Of a DNA stretch of 54,299 nucleotides, positions 36,471 through 48,241 are shown one piece after another. The translations under genes were made by a program, and so were the position numbers. The DNA lies in assembly GCA_003614675.1 (NCBI GenBank), contig ML002263.1, forward strand, positions 1 through 54,299, written 5' to 3'. The notes under the pieces are model-generated. The model was not told the origin of the DNA. It saw only the letters and a program-made list of their open reading frames with translations, and ran no database searches. Every line of letters begins with the position of its first letter. Positions within the stretch are counted from its first letter, which is position 1. Source of the stretch: Dimargaris cristalligena. Taxonomy: Eukaryota.

Positions 36471-39400
36471 TTACAATCGAGGCCTTTTATGGATTCCTTC
36501 GTCACCGGCACGTGGACTAACACTCTGACGATAGTGGGTGCCTTCTAATGCCGCTGGGTCATGAGAGTCATAGTAGTCGTCCCCACCTCCCATAGAGGGT
36601 GGTGGGGGTGCGTAAGTATTATAAGAGTGTCCACCAGATGGTGGGTACTGTTGGTGCGAGCGATCATGAACACCATAAGTGGGTCGACTAGCCGGTGGTG
36701 AAGGGTGGAAAACCCCCATACTAGGACCAACCATACCCATAGGGGGCTGGATGACTGGTTCAAACTGCATCTCCTCATCCTCGTCGTCGTCCTCACCGGC
36801 GCCCTCATTGGTAACGGGGTATGGTGAAACATCATCCACACTGATATCCTCGTCCTCGGCTTCGGCATTCAATTCAGTACCGGGGGTGGTTGTTTCGCCG
36901 TCCCCTTGACCGTCGTCATCATCGTCGTCGTCACCCACGTCATTATCCAGAACGGTGGGGGCCAACTTGATGGGCAAAAACATGACCTCTTCATCATCGC
37001 TGTCATCCGATATGTTAACCCGCAAGTCTTCATTCCATTCCTCGCCCTCGTTTTTGACCATTGCTCCGGGGACAGCCGGGAGTGGGCCATAGCTATGCGT
37101 TTCGTCGTCACTGCTGTCGCTAAAGTCTGAGTCGTTGAATGGATTGAATTTCTCGACCGTAGTAATATCAATCTCCTCGGCATGGTCGTCCTCATCGACG
37201 GCCACGACATCAATATCGGCCTGGCCATGGCCATGCTCATTTAGGGATTCCGAATCGACCGTGACCGGCGTGGTTGCCGAAGCCGATGATCCCCCCCGCT
37301 GGGATTTTTTGGTCCGACCCTTGTCGATATGGTTGATCACCGCCTGGTCGTCCACGACCAGGTCGAACTCATCCTCGCGCTCAATGTACTCCACATTTTC
37401 CTCAAGCTCCTTGAAGTCGGGCGCGAAGGCGTTCCAGTTACGCCAGTCCTCCCGGTGCTTGGCCCCCCAAATGTAAATATTACCAAAGACCGATACCGAC
37501 ACCGCGACCGGTCGAAAAGGGTGCCACGTGAGATCCTGGAGCTGTTCCTTGGGCCCCGTTAACATCTTCTCGAGATTGGTGGCGTTTTTATCCCAAACGT
37601 AGATGTTATGCTCGGCTTTATGGGCGGATCCTAGACCGGGATTAATCATCATTTGCCGATGGAAAGGGCAGAGCGGGGGGATTGCGAAACACGAATAAGT
37701 ATAAAATCGCAATTAGGTACTGTGCTGGTGAAACAAGGCTTGCGACTCGATTCTGTCGGGCGAATGGCTTTGTTATTTTTAGAATAAATGTGAACCATGG
37801 TGACCAATACTTTTTATAGTCGGACTTAATTTAACAATAATAACCATATATTACATACCTCCAATTACATGTTCCCCATCACAGGTAAAACAGCATTCGT
37901 TCCACTGTACTCGATTCACCTGATCCTGATACTTGTGAATAAACGTCAGCGTCGGACCAGTTTGCGCCAAAGCCTCCAGGACCTCCTCGGGTGACTGGTC
38001 GCTGCTTACCGACCCATCGGCCGGCTCTGTATTAGGGGGGGAGGGGGTGGCTGTCGAACCCGATGCCCCGATCCGGCCCATTGAGTTGGGACGGCCTTCC
38101 GTCGCATGGTGGGCCCGCCGAGACTGAATCAACCGTCGGTAGGTTTTTTTGAGCAGCTGTCGCTGCTTATCGCCCGAGTCGTAAATATAGAGCCGGATGG
38201 ACCGATCTCCTGAGTTGACCAAAAGGTCCGTGCCCCGCCGACTGAAACGTAAGTGCCGGATAGTGCTGTTGTTGATTTGGTGGACAACTTCAACAACGCG
38301 TTTGCGAATATGGTAGATTACGAGATGCCCTTTCGTGCTGCCCAGAAATAGACGTTTACCTGAGCGGTCGAAGGCAAGTGTGTTATATGTGAATTTCCCA
38401 AGACTAGTTGATGGCAAAATGAATGGCATTACAACAGATAGGGGGTTAGACCTAGTATATACCTCATCAAAAAAACGCTAACTGCACTACTCACAGACGA
38501 GTATAAATCTCGTATTTAGGGTTAACGGACCAACTTATCGCTCCTAATAGTCGATATTACCCCGATATAATGACAACTGACTTACTTGATAGTATGCTCA
38601 TTTATGGCACTGTCGTTAATTTTGGCTAACCGAGTGTATTCAGCCACGTCGTTCGGCCTATAGTGTAAATTAAGGGGTACCCGCCGTGCTGCCGACCCTT
38701 TAAAGTCGCATAGAAAAGGAGCTTGGGTCTGAACACAAATGGCCGCCAAATAACTAACGCCCCGAAAATTGAAAATGATGAGTCGTTATGATCGATGTAA
38801 AATTATATTGGAATTAGTTTGCGGTAAATGGGGAAGGCAGTCGCGCGGTTGTAGCCAGCGTGGCGGTTATAAGTACCCCGGCAGAACGAGGTTAGGGCTT
38901 AAGGGTCTCTGTATATCGGCTAACTACTTACCTGTTGCGCGGGTGCATAACGCCGAGCGGGGTCTGCCCCGCCGGTATGCCCAGCTCGTGTTTAGGTTCC
39001 CCAGTGATCAGATCCCAGAAAAAGCACCGACCCTCGGTACCAGTGGACAGCAGATAGCTGCCGTTTTTGGACCAACTGGACATCCCCAACACAGGTAATG
39101 GGCAGTAACAAGATGGTATCAAGTGTAAATAACATTAGCTGGGCAATGGTATAATAGTGCGGTGTAAAGCAAAGGGGAAAGTGGGGCATGGGGAATAAAA
39201 GGACCTCGATTTCATATTTTTGGTTTAGTTGGTACATGTAATTATAAACTCACCTCACGCTAGTAACCGTGGCAGTATGTCCTTCCAAATAGCGGAGAAT
39301 GGAGCGGGTATCGAAATCAAGAATGGAACACCTTCCGTCGGTCCCGGCTAGCGCCAGCATGGTACCGAACGTATTAAACCGAATGGTCTTGCATTGGCTA

Positions 39401-39691
39401 TCCTCCAGCCACTCCTCCACCTCAGTGGGGTACTGGAGTTCGAATGGGTCTGTACAACAAACGCGATTAGTGTGGACAGCGATGGCATTAGTTAGAGTCC
39501 ACAGTGGGGCAAGTTATTTAAGGTGGTCTGAAGGGTTTATATATAACAGCCTCCCAAGCAATGTCGCCACATTGGGCCAATTCTATCGAGACCTCGGCCT
39601 GGCTTGACTCTTGGGGCAATGCATGGGCCAGCAATGGGCCTCTCCTCGCCCAAACAAGAATGGGGCACTTACTCATGAGCTGTAAATTCAT
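36471..39691 (-). CDS. SWD1: COMPASS/Set1C WD40 subunit Swd1/RBBP5, 6 exons: 39691-39673, 39449-39254, 39075-38932, 38753-38586, 38403-37859, 37630-36471 (743 aa)
   Basis: MNLQLMNPFELQYP start, WD repeats, YQDQVNRVQW, LTGPKEQLQDLTWHP and the diagnostic WNAFAPDFKELEENVEYIEREDEFD. Exons total 2232 nt, in frame. Confidence 0.9.
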
Positions 39692-40509
39692 GGTGAGCGG
39701 CGATGTGAGTGGACAAGGTTGGGAATGAGATGACCTTGGTAAGGCCACCAACGGCAATTAGCAGGGGGTATAATAGTAAGAGAGTTGAGCTAGGCCAATG
39801 GGTTGCTTAAGAGTAGCAACCTTTTCCAAACAGTCGAATGAATGGGGGCAATGCCTAAATGATGAAGGCACTGTAGTTAGAAACACGTCGGGAAATATGA
39901 TAATGGGCAAATGGATAAAGGGAACAGCAACTCGTCTTTGGATGTCATAGTTGAGCGGTAGGAAATGCCACATTGCCATACCCATGTGGCTCTGTCTAGT
40001 AAGCATGGATGGCGAAGGGGGGGAGGCTGGAGCGCATAGCGGGGGGTCTCCTCCCCTTCTGCTCTTGGAAGTCCAACAGAAGTTGGTGTGACGAGGTTAA
40101 TTCCTTTGGCTTCTGGCTGCAGTTGGTCTTATCACGTGATGTATCTCACAGTGTAGTCAACCAGTCCAATCCGTACTTGATAACGTAGGTAATTAATTAT
40201 ACGGCTGGGAAATAGCAGGAATTAACTGTCTGTGAGGGCTGCCCACCAAGTGGGCTAGCTAGCCAGGTGAAATGAGAGAAAGCGAGAGCTTCCTCTCCCC
40301 AGTCGCTGCCAAGGTTCTGATCGTTCTCTGAACTCTAACTAAACAGTTGGAGTAGCGAATCCCCCTGCTTGAAGAAGAATATCCAGTGAATCCTAGAGCC
40401 AAGCTCCTCTGGTCCATTAGACGCCTCGTTTATTATTTATATACCTATATATTCTGATCATTTCTATTATCTCGTCAACAAGAATTAGCGCTCATTCTCG
40501 TAGAATATT

Positions 40510-41595
40510 ATGGCCAGTCGAGGAATTCTTACCGGCGGGCTGATCCGCTGCCTGTCGTTCCGGGGAACCCGTTCCCTGGCAACTGTGGCCCACTCGACCA
40601 CTGCTGCCGCCTCTGCTACCTCTTCCGCTGATTCATCGTCCGCTCCCCCCACCACTACTACCACCACGGTCGCACCGATCCGGACGCCCACGGAGTACTC
40701 CACACTGGGCTACAATCCCGCCACGGCGACCGTCCAAGCCTTCGTGCGTGATTTCGCCACGAACCGCCCCTTGGCCATCGCCGACCTCCCCGCCGTGATC
40801 TACAATGCCCCGCTCCGCACGGACCTGCTCCACCGGACCGTGACCTACGAACGGGACGCCGCCCGCCAGGGCACCCATTCCACCAAGGGAATTAGTGATG
40901 TCCGCGGGACTACCCGCAAGGCCTTTCCCCAGAAAGGTCGGGGTGCCGCCCGAGTGGGTACTCTGCGGGCGCCGCAGTTCCGCGGCGGTGGTATCGCCCA
41001 CGGCCCTAAACCGCGGAGTCACCGGACGGAACTGCCCCGCCAGGTCTGGTTACACGGCCTGCGCAATGCGCTGTCGATCAAATACCGCCAGAACCAACTG
41101 ATCATCGTCGATTCCTTGGAACCGCTGCTGTACCGTTCCGACGCCGAAGCAACGGAGGCCGAAACCGCCCCAGAAAGTAATAACGACACCCCATCCTCCT
41201 TGACCACGAGCCCCGCCGACCCCTCGAAATGCATCGTGCGTACCCAGGAACTCTTCGCTCGTCTAGTGGCCCACCACTGGCTGTTTGTGTCCAAGAAAGT
41301 CACCCCCAATTCCACCTACACCGAATCCCTCCAACTGCGCCAGCACCGCGCGGGGGTTCGCTACATGGACCGGTTCAACGTCCGCACTTGGGTACCCTCG
41401 ACTTTGCCCTCCGCCTCGATTATGTTCCTGTCCGCAGGACCCACCGGTACCTTGCACCGGATTACGGAGAATTTGCCCAATGTGACGTGTATGAATGCCA
41501 GCGAAACCGAAGTGTACCCCATCATGAGCCACGAACTGCTGGTGCTCGACAAGGCGGCCGTCGAATTGCTTAATGAAAAACTCGCATTTAAATAA
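40510..41595 (+). CDS. Mitochondrial ribosomal protein uL4m (YmL6)
   Basis: Arg/Ser-rich presequence-like N-terminus; L4 motif RQGTHSTKG.SDVRGTTRKAFPQKGRGAARVG..RAPQFRGGGIAHGPKPR. Confidence 0.9.
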   Translation: MASRGILTGGLIRCLSFRGTRSLATVAHSTTAAASATSSADSSSAPPTTTTTTVAPIRTPTEYSTLGYNPATATVQAFVRDFATNRPLAIADLPAVIYNAPLRTDLLHRTVTYERDAARQGTHSTKGISDVRGTTRKAFPQKGRGAARVGTLRAPQFRGGGIAHGPKPRSHRTELPRQVWLHGLRNALSIKYRQNQLIIVDSLEPLLYRSDAEATEAETAPESNNDTPSSLTTSPADPSKCIVRTQELFARLVAHHWLFVSKKVTPNSTYTESLQLRQHRAGVRYMDRFNVRTWVPSTLPSASIMFLSAGPTGTLHRITENLPNVTCMNASETEVYPIMSHELLVLDKAAVELLNEKLAFK

Positions 41596-42435
41596 AACAA
41601 TAGATTTGTCGTTTTGCTTTATTTGTTTGTTTTATTGCTTGGATCTTATTACACCCTTCCATTCGGCCTCCAACCCTATTCACCCCATCCGCCTTTGCCA
41701 ATTATTATCGTAATTATTTTATTATTATAATTATTATCATTAAAGAAAAAGAAATTATTTATCGCTATTCCTAGGATACATCTGTACCCACCACTTTAGT
41801 AGATCAGTCAATAAATTTTAAGCGCTGTATTAAGAGTAACAGGGTTGAGCCTCCACCCTAATTCTAACAACACTATGGTTATCGTCTCAATTGGGACCAA
41901 AATTAATACAGGGATATTAGCGCAAAAATCAACATTTACCAGATATACTCCCCATATTGACTAACATGTACATGAAACTTTATATAATACAGCGCTGAGC
42001 GGGACAGTTTTGCTGGAACCAAAAATACCCAAACCAAAAAATAAATAAATAGAATGGTGATTAAAGAAAGAGTGAAGGAGAGAACGGAAAGTAAGACATA
42101 GTTTTTCGAACGAATGGGGTAGGGAAGCCGGTGAATCGACAGTGGATATGGCCATCATCAACATTATTGAACACTGGTCTACGCGTTACAATATGCGGGA
42201 TAGAGCGAAGAGTAGAAAGCGAGTCGGTTAAAGACGAGCGGAAGATATGTAAAATGAATTTTTCATAAAAATGGAAATAGTAATAGTAATAATATGTGTA
42301 TGTGCAGGTTTTCAATAAAAAAGGAAGGAAGGAGTGTGTGAATTGCGGTGAGAGCGGGTGATACTGGATCCGCGAGGTAAGGTGAAGGAAGGGCGGGCAC
42401 ATACAGGAATGGGTGAAGTTGATTCCCGTGCGTCA

Positions 42436-45246
42436 TTAGCCCCGCCAACTGGCAAAAGCCTTCTGGATCGGGCGCTGACGCTGCCCCACGGTATGACTCC
42501 CGTTGTGACCACCACTGGACGAGCTGGACTGCAGCTGGGGCAGCGAAGGCGGATGCTGTTTATGCAACTTCAGCATCATTGACCTCCGCTTCCGCCGATT
42601 ATAATGTTGCCGCCGCAGCGCACCAATATCCGTACGCGAGAGCGAGATGGCCCGCCCGAAGCAGACCTGCATCAGGTGATGACAGTGGATCATTTTCTTG
42701 GGAAACTCGTGGACCAGCTGGAACTGTTCGAGGGAATCCCGGGTTTGGAGGAGGGGGGTTTCGTTGAGTTTGAACAGGGCCAGGGCCACACGGAAAAGGA
42801 CCTTACTGCCTTCGTAGAAGAAACAGTCCCAGACGCGGAGGACTGACTCGACGGGGAGGACGTCGACGAAGAGAAGGGGAAACCAATGGGACATGGCTAG
42901 AAAGACGGGGGGCAGGATATCGGGGCCCCCTTCGGAACCTCCCCCACCACTACTGCCTCCCAATGGCGATGGCTCCTCCCGACAGAGGTGACGGTGCACC
43001 GAGGGCATTTTAGATTCCAGCAGGGATAAGAGCACCTCCTGGTCAATCAAGGAATATTCTTGGCTCAGGTTAAAATAGCCGGAGGGCATGAGATCTTCGA
43101 CAATGGTCACGAGCATCCAGAAGGCCTGTTCTTCGGACAAGAACAGCAGGAGGAGTCCGACAATGTAACTGAGGGACTGGTTGTATCCAACATGGGGACA
43201 ATACAACGTGAAGACATTGAGAATACGGCGGAGAGAGTCAACGCAGGACTTCTGCTTGGCTTCCAAGTTAGGGATGGCCGGGGACGGACTGCCTTGGCCG
43301 CTGTTAGCGGTGAGTGGGGGCGATAGTGGCGAGGTCGGCACCTGTGCATTTCCACTACCACCTCCTCCCCCTGCTTTCCCGGAACTTCCCCCGCTGGCAA
43401 CGCCCCCTCTGCCCGTCGCCAACATGGTCGAGTGGCGCTCATCCGACCGCACCGCCTGCAACCGCATCTGGAAATGTTCATTATCGGGGAAAGTCCGGTG
43501 CAAATCCCGTTCGATAATATCCGCGAAGTCGGATTGGCGACCTTCCCGTAAGTACACCTTGACCCATTTGCGGTAGGTGCTAGGATTTTCACGGTACTTG
43601 TGGGCCCCGCCGCTGTAATGGAACCAGCAGGGACCGCGGATTTCGGAGGGGATCCCCTTGCGGATATACCGTTTAACCTTGGTGGAGCGCGGGGGCCACT
43701 GCCCTCCTGCCCCGACGAAGAGTTGCCGCCATTTGATTTTGCGCTGCTCAACAATGGGTCCATATTGGGCTTCGAAACGCAGATATTCATCGCGGCTTAA
43801 GTACTGGTTGAATTTGCTAAACCCGTAGCGATCCCGTTCTACATAGTCGTCGTCCTCGTCTTCATCATCATCAAAGTCATCGTCGTCGTCCTCTTCATCA
43901 AACTCCTCCTCTCCACCCAACTGGTAACGGGGCGCATGGTTGGATGCGGCGGTGTTATGCTGGGGAATGGGTGACACGTCCGATTGGGTAGCGCGGTGGG
44001 CGTTAGTACGGCTGGATAGGGTAGGGTCGGAGACACCCGAAAGGGTCGGCTGGCCCAGACCGGCCTGGTACTCCGAAGGGGATTTGGGGTGGTGGTGGGG
44101 AGAGGTCTTCGGCACCGGACGGGGTTTTAGCTCGGCTCCATCGTCATCTTCGCTGCTGTCGCACCGTCGGGGCGGCACGGTGATGGACAGGCCGGGATGG
44201 ACCGGCGAGCGGATGGGTGGGCCCGCCGTGGTGGGGGCACCGATTGGGGCCTGTGGCGGGGTTTCCGGTCCACCCGTTTGGTAATAATGGGCGAACCCGC
44301 CCATAACACCCGGCCGCTGGTCACCGTGGTGGAGGGACCCCAGTCCATGGGCTAGTGAGGGGCCGGCCATGCCTGTAGAAGGGGTGAAGGCCGGGGCTTC
44401 ACTTGGTGGGTATTCGTTTCCCCGACTTTGAATATAGCCATGCTGCTGCTGCTGGTGGTGGCGGTGGTCGTGGCTCGCTGAGTGTGGCTGTGATTGGTGG
44501 TGGTAAGGGGAATGGGGCAGGTGTGCCATATGGGCCTCGGCCCCGTTTGTAGACAACTGAGCAGCGCCGGACAAATCCAGCATACTATTACTCCGGTTCC
44601 GACCGCCGGACGGGGTGCCGTGTCGGGCCGGGTGCTGCATACGGTACCGATCGGCGGTCGACTGGCTACTGGAGGAATACACATGGTTGTTGTGGTTGCG
44701 GTTAGTGGCATTGCCCATGGAGTCCAAGGGGACGTCAACGAAATCGAGTTCCACTACGCCGGGGATGCGGCGCGGCGAAGCGGTTGGACTGTCGGAATAC
44801 ACAGGTGACGGCTGGCCGTTGGTCCCGATAAGGCCCAGCGCACTGCCCATGGATGGCAAATGGGGTAGTTGAGGGGGGCCCCGCCGAACGGCGGGAGCAA
44901 TGTGGGAGTGGCCGATGGAACGGGGGGCGGGGTGGGAGTTAGAAGTGGGAGTAGTGAACGACCCGCTTTCGTTGGAGCCGTGGGCAGCGAAACCGAAGAA
45001 ACTGCCGGTGGCGGTGGGATTACGGAAGGGGGTTTGCACATTCCACCGCTGGGCTCTATCGTCGATGGTTGTATACTGCACCTGTTGGGTAGGGGCGGTA
45101 TGGCTCTTCATCAAGGACCCGGCTGGCCCCATTCCAGGATAGGCGGGCGAGCGGGGCGACGGGGGAGTGGTGGTCATTTGTTCTGGTGGAGCTGTGGCTG
45201 GCGGGCGGTAGCCGAACAGGCGGCCGAATAGAGTGGTGCTTTCCAT
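42436..45246 (-). CDS. TBC-domain Rab GTPase-activating protein (Msb3/Gyp3-like) with a long disordered N-terminus, intronless, 936 aa from the ATG at 45246
   Basis: RDRYGF, KRYIRKGIPSEIRG, arginine finger IERDLHRTFP, glutamine finger GYNQ, and LRVWDCFFYEGSKVLFR. Confidence 0.88.
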   Translation of the reverse strand: MESTTLFGRLFGYRPPATAPPEQMTTTPPSPRSPAYPGMGPAGSLMKSHTAPTQQVQYTTIDDRAQRWNVQTPFRNPTATGSFFGFAAHGSNESGSFTTPTSNSHPAPRSIGHSHIAPAVRRGPPQLPHLPSMGSALGLIGTNGQPSPVYSDSPTASPRRIPGVVELDFVDVPLDSMGNATNRNHNNHVYSSSSQSTADRYRMQHPARHGTPSGGRNRSNSMLDLSGAAQLSTNGAEAHMAHLPHSPYHHQSQPHSASHDHRHHQQQQHGYIQSRGNEYPPSEAPAFTPSTGMAGPSLAHGLGSLHHGDQRPGVMGGFAHYYQTGGPETPPQAPIGAPTTAGPPIRSPVHPGLSITVPPRRCDSSEDDDGAELKPRPVPKTSPHHHPKSPSEYQAGLGQPTLSGVSDPTLSSRTNAHRATQSDVSPIPQHNTAASNHAPRYQLGGEEEFDEEDDDDDFDDDEDEDDDYVERDRYGFSKFNQYLSRDEYLRFEAQYGPIVEQRKIKWRQLFVGAGGQWPPRSTKVKRYIRKGIPSEIRGPCWFHYSGGAHKYRENPSTYRKWVKVYLREGRQSDFADIIERDLHRTFPDNEHFQMRLQAVRSDERHSTMLATGRGGVASGGSSGKAGGGGGSGNAQVPTSPLSPPLTANSGQGSPSPAIPNLEAKQKSCVDSLRRILNVFTLYCPHVGYNQSLSYIVGLLLLFLSEEQAFWMLVTIVEDLMPSGYFNLSQEYSLIDQEVLLSLLESKMPSVHRHLCREEPSPLGGSSGGGGSEGGPDILPPVFLAMSHWFPLLFVDVLPVESVLRVWDCFFYEGSKVLFRVALALFKLNETPLLQTRDSLEQFQLVHEFPKKMIHCHHLMQVCFGRAISLSRTDIGALRRQHYNRRKRRSMMLKLHKQHPPSLPQLQSSSSSGGHNGSHTVGQRQRPIQKAFASWRG

Positions 45247-45288
45247 GGCCAACTTGTGGACTGACCGGGGTCGGTACTACGAAAGTAG

Positions 45289-45313
45289 GTGTGTGTGTGT
45301 GTGTGTGTGTGTG
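45289..45313 (+). repeat. (GT)12 microsatellite ~45 nt upstream of the TBC gene start codon
   Basis: Visible GT run. Confidence 0.9.
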
Positions 45314-48241
45314 CGTGAAGGCGGTTGTGGCAATAGGAACGGTGACCGGTGCGTTGCTGTAGTAAATGGTCGTTGGAATGCGGACAAACGGGGACGAACT
45401 GGGTTTTAGGCGTTAGGTCAAACTACTCTCCATGGGGCTACTGGCTAGGAAATCGGCGGTCGATACTGGCGAGTGGGTTGAAAGTATGGCTAGTGGTAGG
45501 GGAGGGAATAAGGAACTGTGAGGGATGGGTCAGTGGATTTAGCCCAGCTTGAGGTTGGTAATTACGGGAAGTGCGGTGTAGCAGTGGAACCAGGGTAAGT
45601 CGCACAAAGGAGGAGAGGGGTATTGGTGCGGTGTGGAAGACCAGCAATAAAGGGTGGCGGTTATTTCATAAACGAGTGGCTTAACGACTATAATAACTAG
45701 GGGAGCGGCTAATAGAAATAGAATAACCGCCAGTGGGTGTATACAAGGCCAAAGGCAGCGGGAAGCCAGATAAAAAAAACCTAAAAGAGGGGCGGAGTTT
45801 TGTCTATTAAAGGGGTGAGTGAAAAAAGGGACTGATGCCTGGCTGCACTACAATGATAGGCGGTGGGAATATAGCCGGCCAGTACAGGAGAATATACTTA
45901 TATATATATGTGTGTGTGTAATAAAAATGAAGAGAAGCCGAAGTAGACGAAGCGAAGGAATGGAATGAGTCCAGACAATTGAAGTATAGTCACGGTTTAG
46001 AGATGAGGAAAATAAGGGGGGAGGACATCGAGGCACACATAGAGACGGCACCCATTAATTCTACCGAAGGACCGTTGCCAACCGACCACGGACGGCAAAG
46101 AAAAGGGGGATTTCCGGTCCAGTGGTGAATGAAACAATGATTAGGGATAATAGGGGCTTTAGAAAAGAGGGTCTTTGGAGACACGGGTCCCACTGGCCAA
46201 GAACTAGGGGAGACTGACGCTTGGCTTTACCAGCGACTAGTGGCCACTGGTGTGAGTAGAATGCAAGAAAAAACCGGAGCGGAAATGGCTTTATATTGAA
46301 GTAGTCGCCGGTACATTAATCCAGGAGTAGGGGAGGGGGGAGACTCATTAGCATGACTATAGCCATGTTAAAAATGAGTTTCACAGCAGACAGACACAGG
46401 TGGAGCAATATATGAAAATATAGAGATAAGCAAAGGGGGAAGTGCCCTCGTAATGTAAATCACCCGATTGTCATTATCGGGCCAACCCAGCCGTTCCGAC
46501 AGTTTAATCTGGATGAAGCAATGTATTGTAACAGGGGCTAACAACACCCTTCCCCTCCTAAAGAAAAGCACGAGTTTTAATGAAAACGGAGCTGCACCTA
46601 TGACTAGGTTAGGGAGCCAGTCACACACGCACCTGCGGCATAAGCTTTTTCACTTTTATTTCCACTTTGTTGGCCTGGCCCTATTATAACGCTATTATGG
46701 GTGGTGGTGACCTCAAGCCCCTCCACTCACTTTAGCCCGCCTGGTAGGATCGGTGATATTCGTCCCTTTCCCCTTCTGTCGTCACTCCCTACGCTTCGCA
46801 TCCCCCTCACTCCACCACTCCAAACATATCGTCATTTTACAGCCCTTACCGCACACGTGCCGCTTGCTTTCATTGGTGGATGGCAATTGAGGGGTGGTAA
46901 TAAAGTCGGAGGGCTGGCCTCTAGCTAGTGTACTAATAATCCATTGCCATCCCCAAGCCGCCTGATTACTCACCCAAGATTCGGGCAAAGCAGAACAATT
47001 TCGGTAGGCCCGATCTTAATTCTTGTAGAGCGGATTTACGGGGTCATTTCCAACGGCTTTCACTGCATAGGAGATTTTATACCCTAGATGGTGCTTTAAT
47101 CAGCACTTGTATCTATGGGGGACCGATGCCCAAGATGAATGCGCTGTTGATCAGCCCCTCCTTATATATATATATGAACCCGCCGAAATAGGGTGTATAT
47201 ACGAAAATCAAACCAAGGGCTAAGCTATGGCTGGGGGATTAATAACCTACGATTGGACTTGGTGTAATGGAACTTGCCTTGGATCGGAAGCTGGGAGCAC
47301 TCCCTTCTGGATTTCGATGAAACCCACCATCTGGTTAGCATAAATAGCATGCAGATGTTTGGGTGCACGAGTGTACAGCGCACACGTGTCGGAGTTTGAA
47401 ACAGGAGTGTATTGCACCGTGAGCTCACCTTCAGTCGAGGTATGCATATATGCTGATGTATGCATTCTTCGCCATTGCCCCGGTCCTGGTCCAGTTCAAT
47501 ACAAAAATGGCAAGTGTTTATAGGAGGTTCTGACAGCCCTCTTTCGTCACTGTCCCTGACCGTATGTACAACGACACGTATAGTCTACCTCGGTAAATAC
47601 ACTTTTAACAAAACCGTACATACTAAATGAGGTAAATATGCGGGACTAGAGTATGGGATTGCCTACTAGTGGCCAGTGATTACAACCGTACGGCCTCCTC
47701 CCCGATTCAGAGCAGATTCCAAAAGTAACCTACGAAGTCGCCTCGTGTGGGTTAGGCATTGATGTGATATTGGGTTTAAGCCAAATACAAGCGTATTACC
47801 ACAAAAGCCCACAATTATTATCTGGTGTGGACTACCGGATCAATCGACATTTAAGTAGACACACCTTGACTAGGTAGATGCCCTGCATTGTAAGACCAAG
47901 AGTAGCGTAGACGGGTGCTATATTTGGGACGACATCTTATGATTTAGGGAGCAAAGAAGATGTAAGCACAGAAGAAAGAAGATAAGAGGTAGAATTAAAC
48001 GAAGGGTATAGTAGCGTATAATAAAAGGACGAGACCAAAACACCCTTTGGGGCGAGTTATACAGTCCCGGGAAGTGGTGGTTTTTTTTAGAAGAGTAATA
48101 ATAAAACATAAGGTTGCGATGGATGGAAATAAACATAGGCAAGCCAAGGTGGAGTAAGGAAAGGTATAATGGGTATATGCGGGAGCGTGGGACAAGAAGA
48201 AGCATGGACGGTCGGCTTATCAAGTGACGGTGGGAAGAGCC

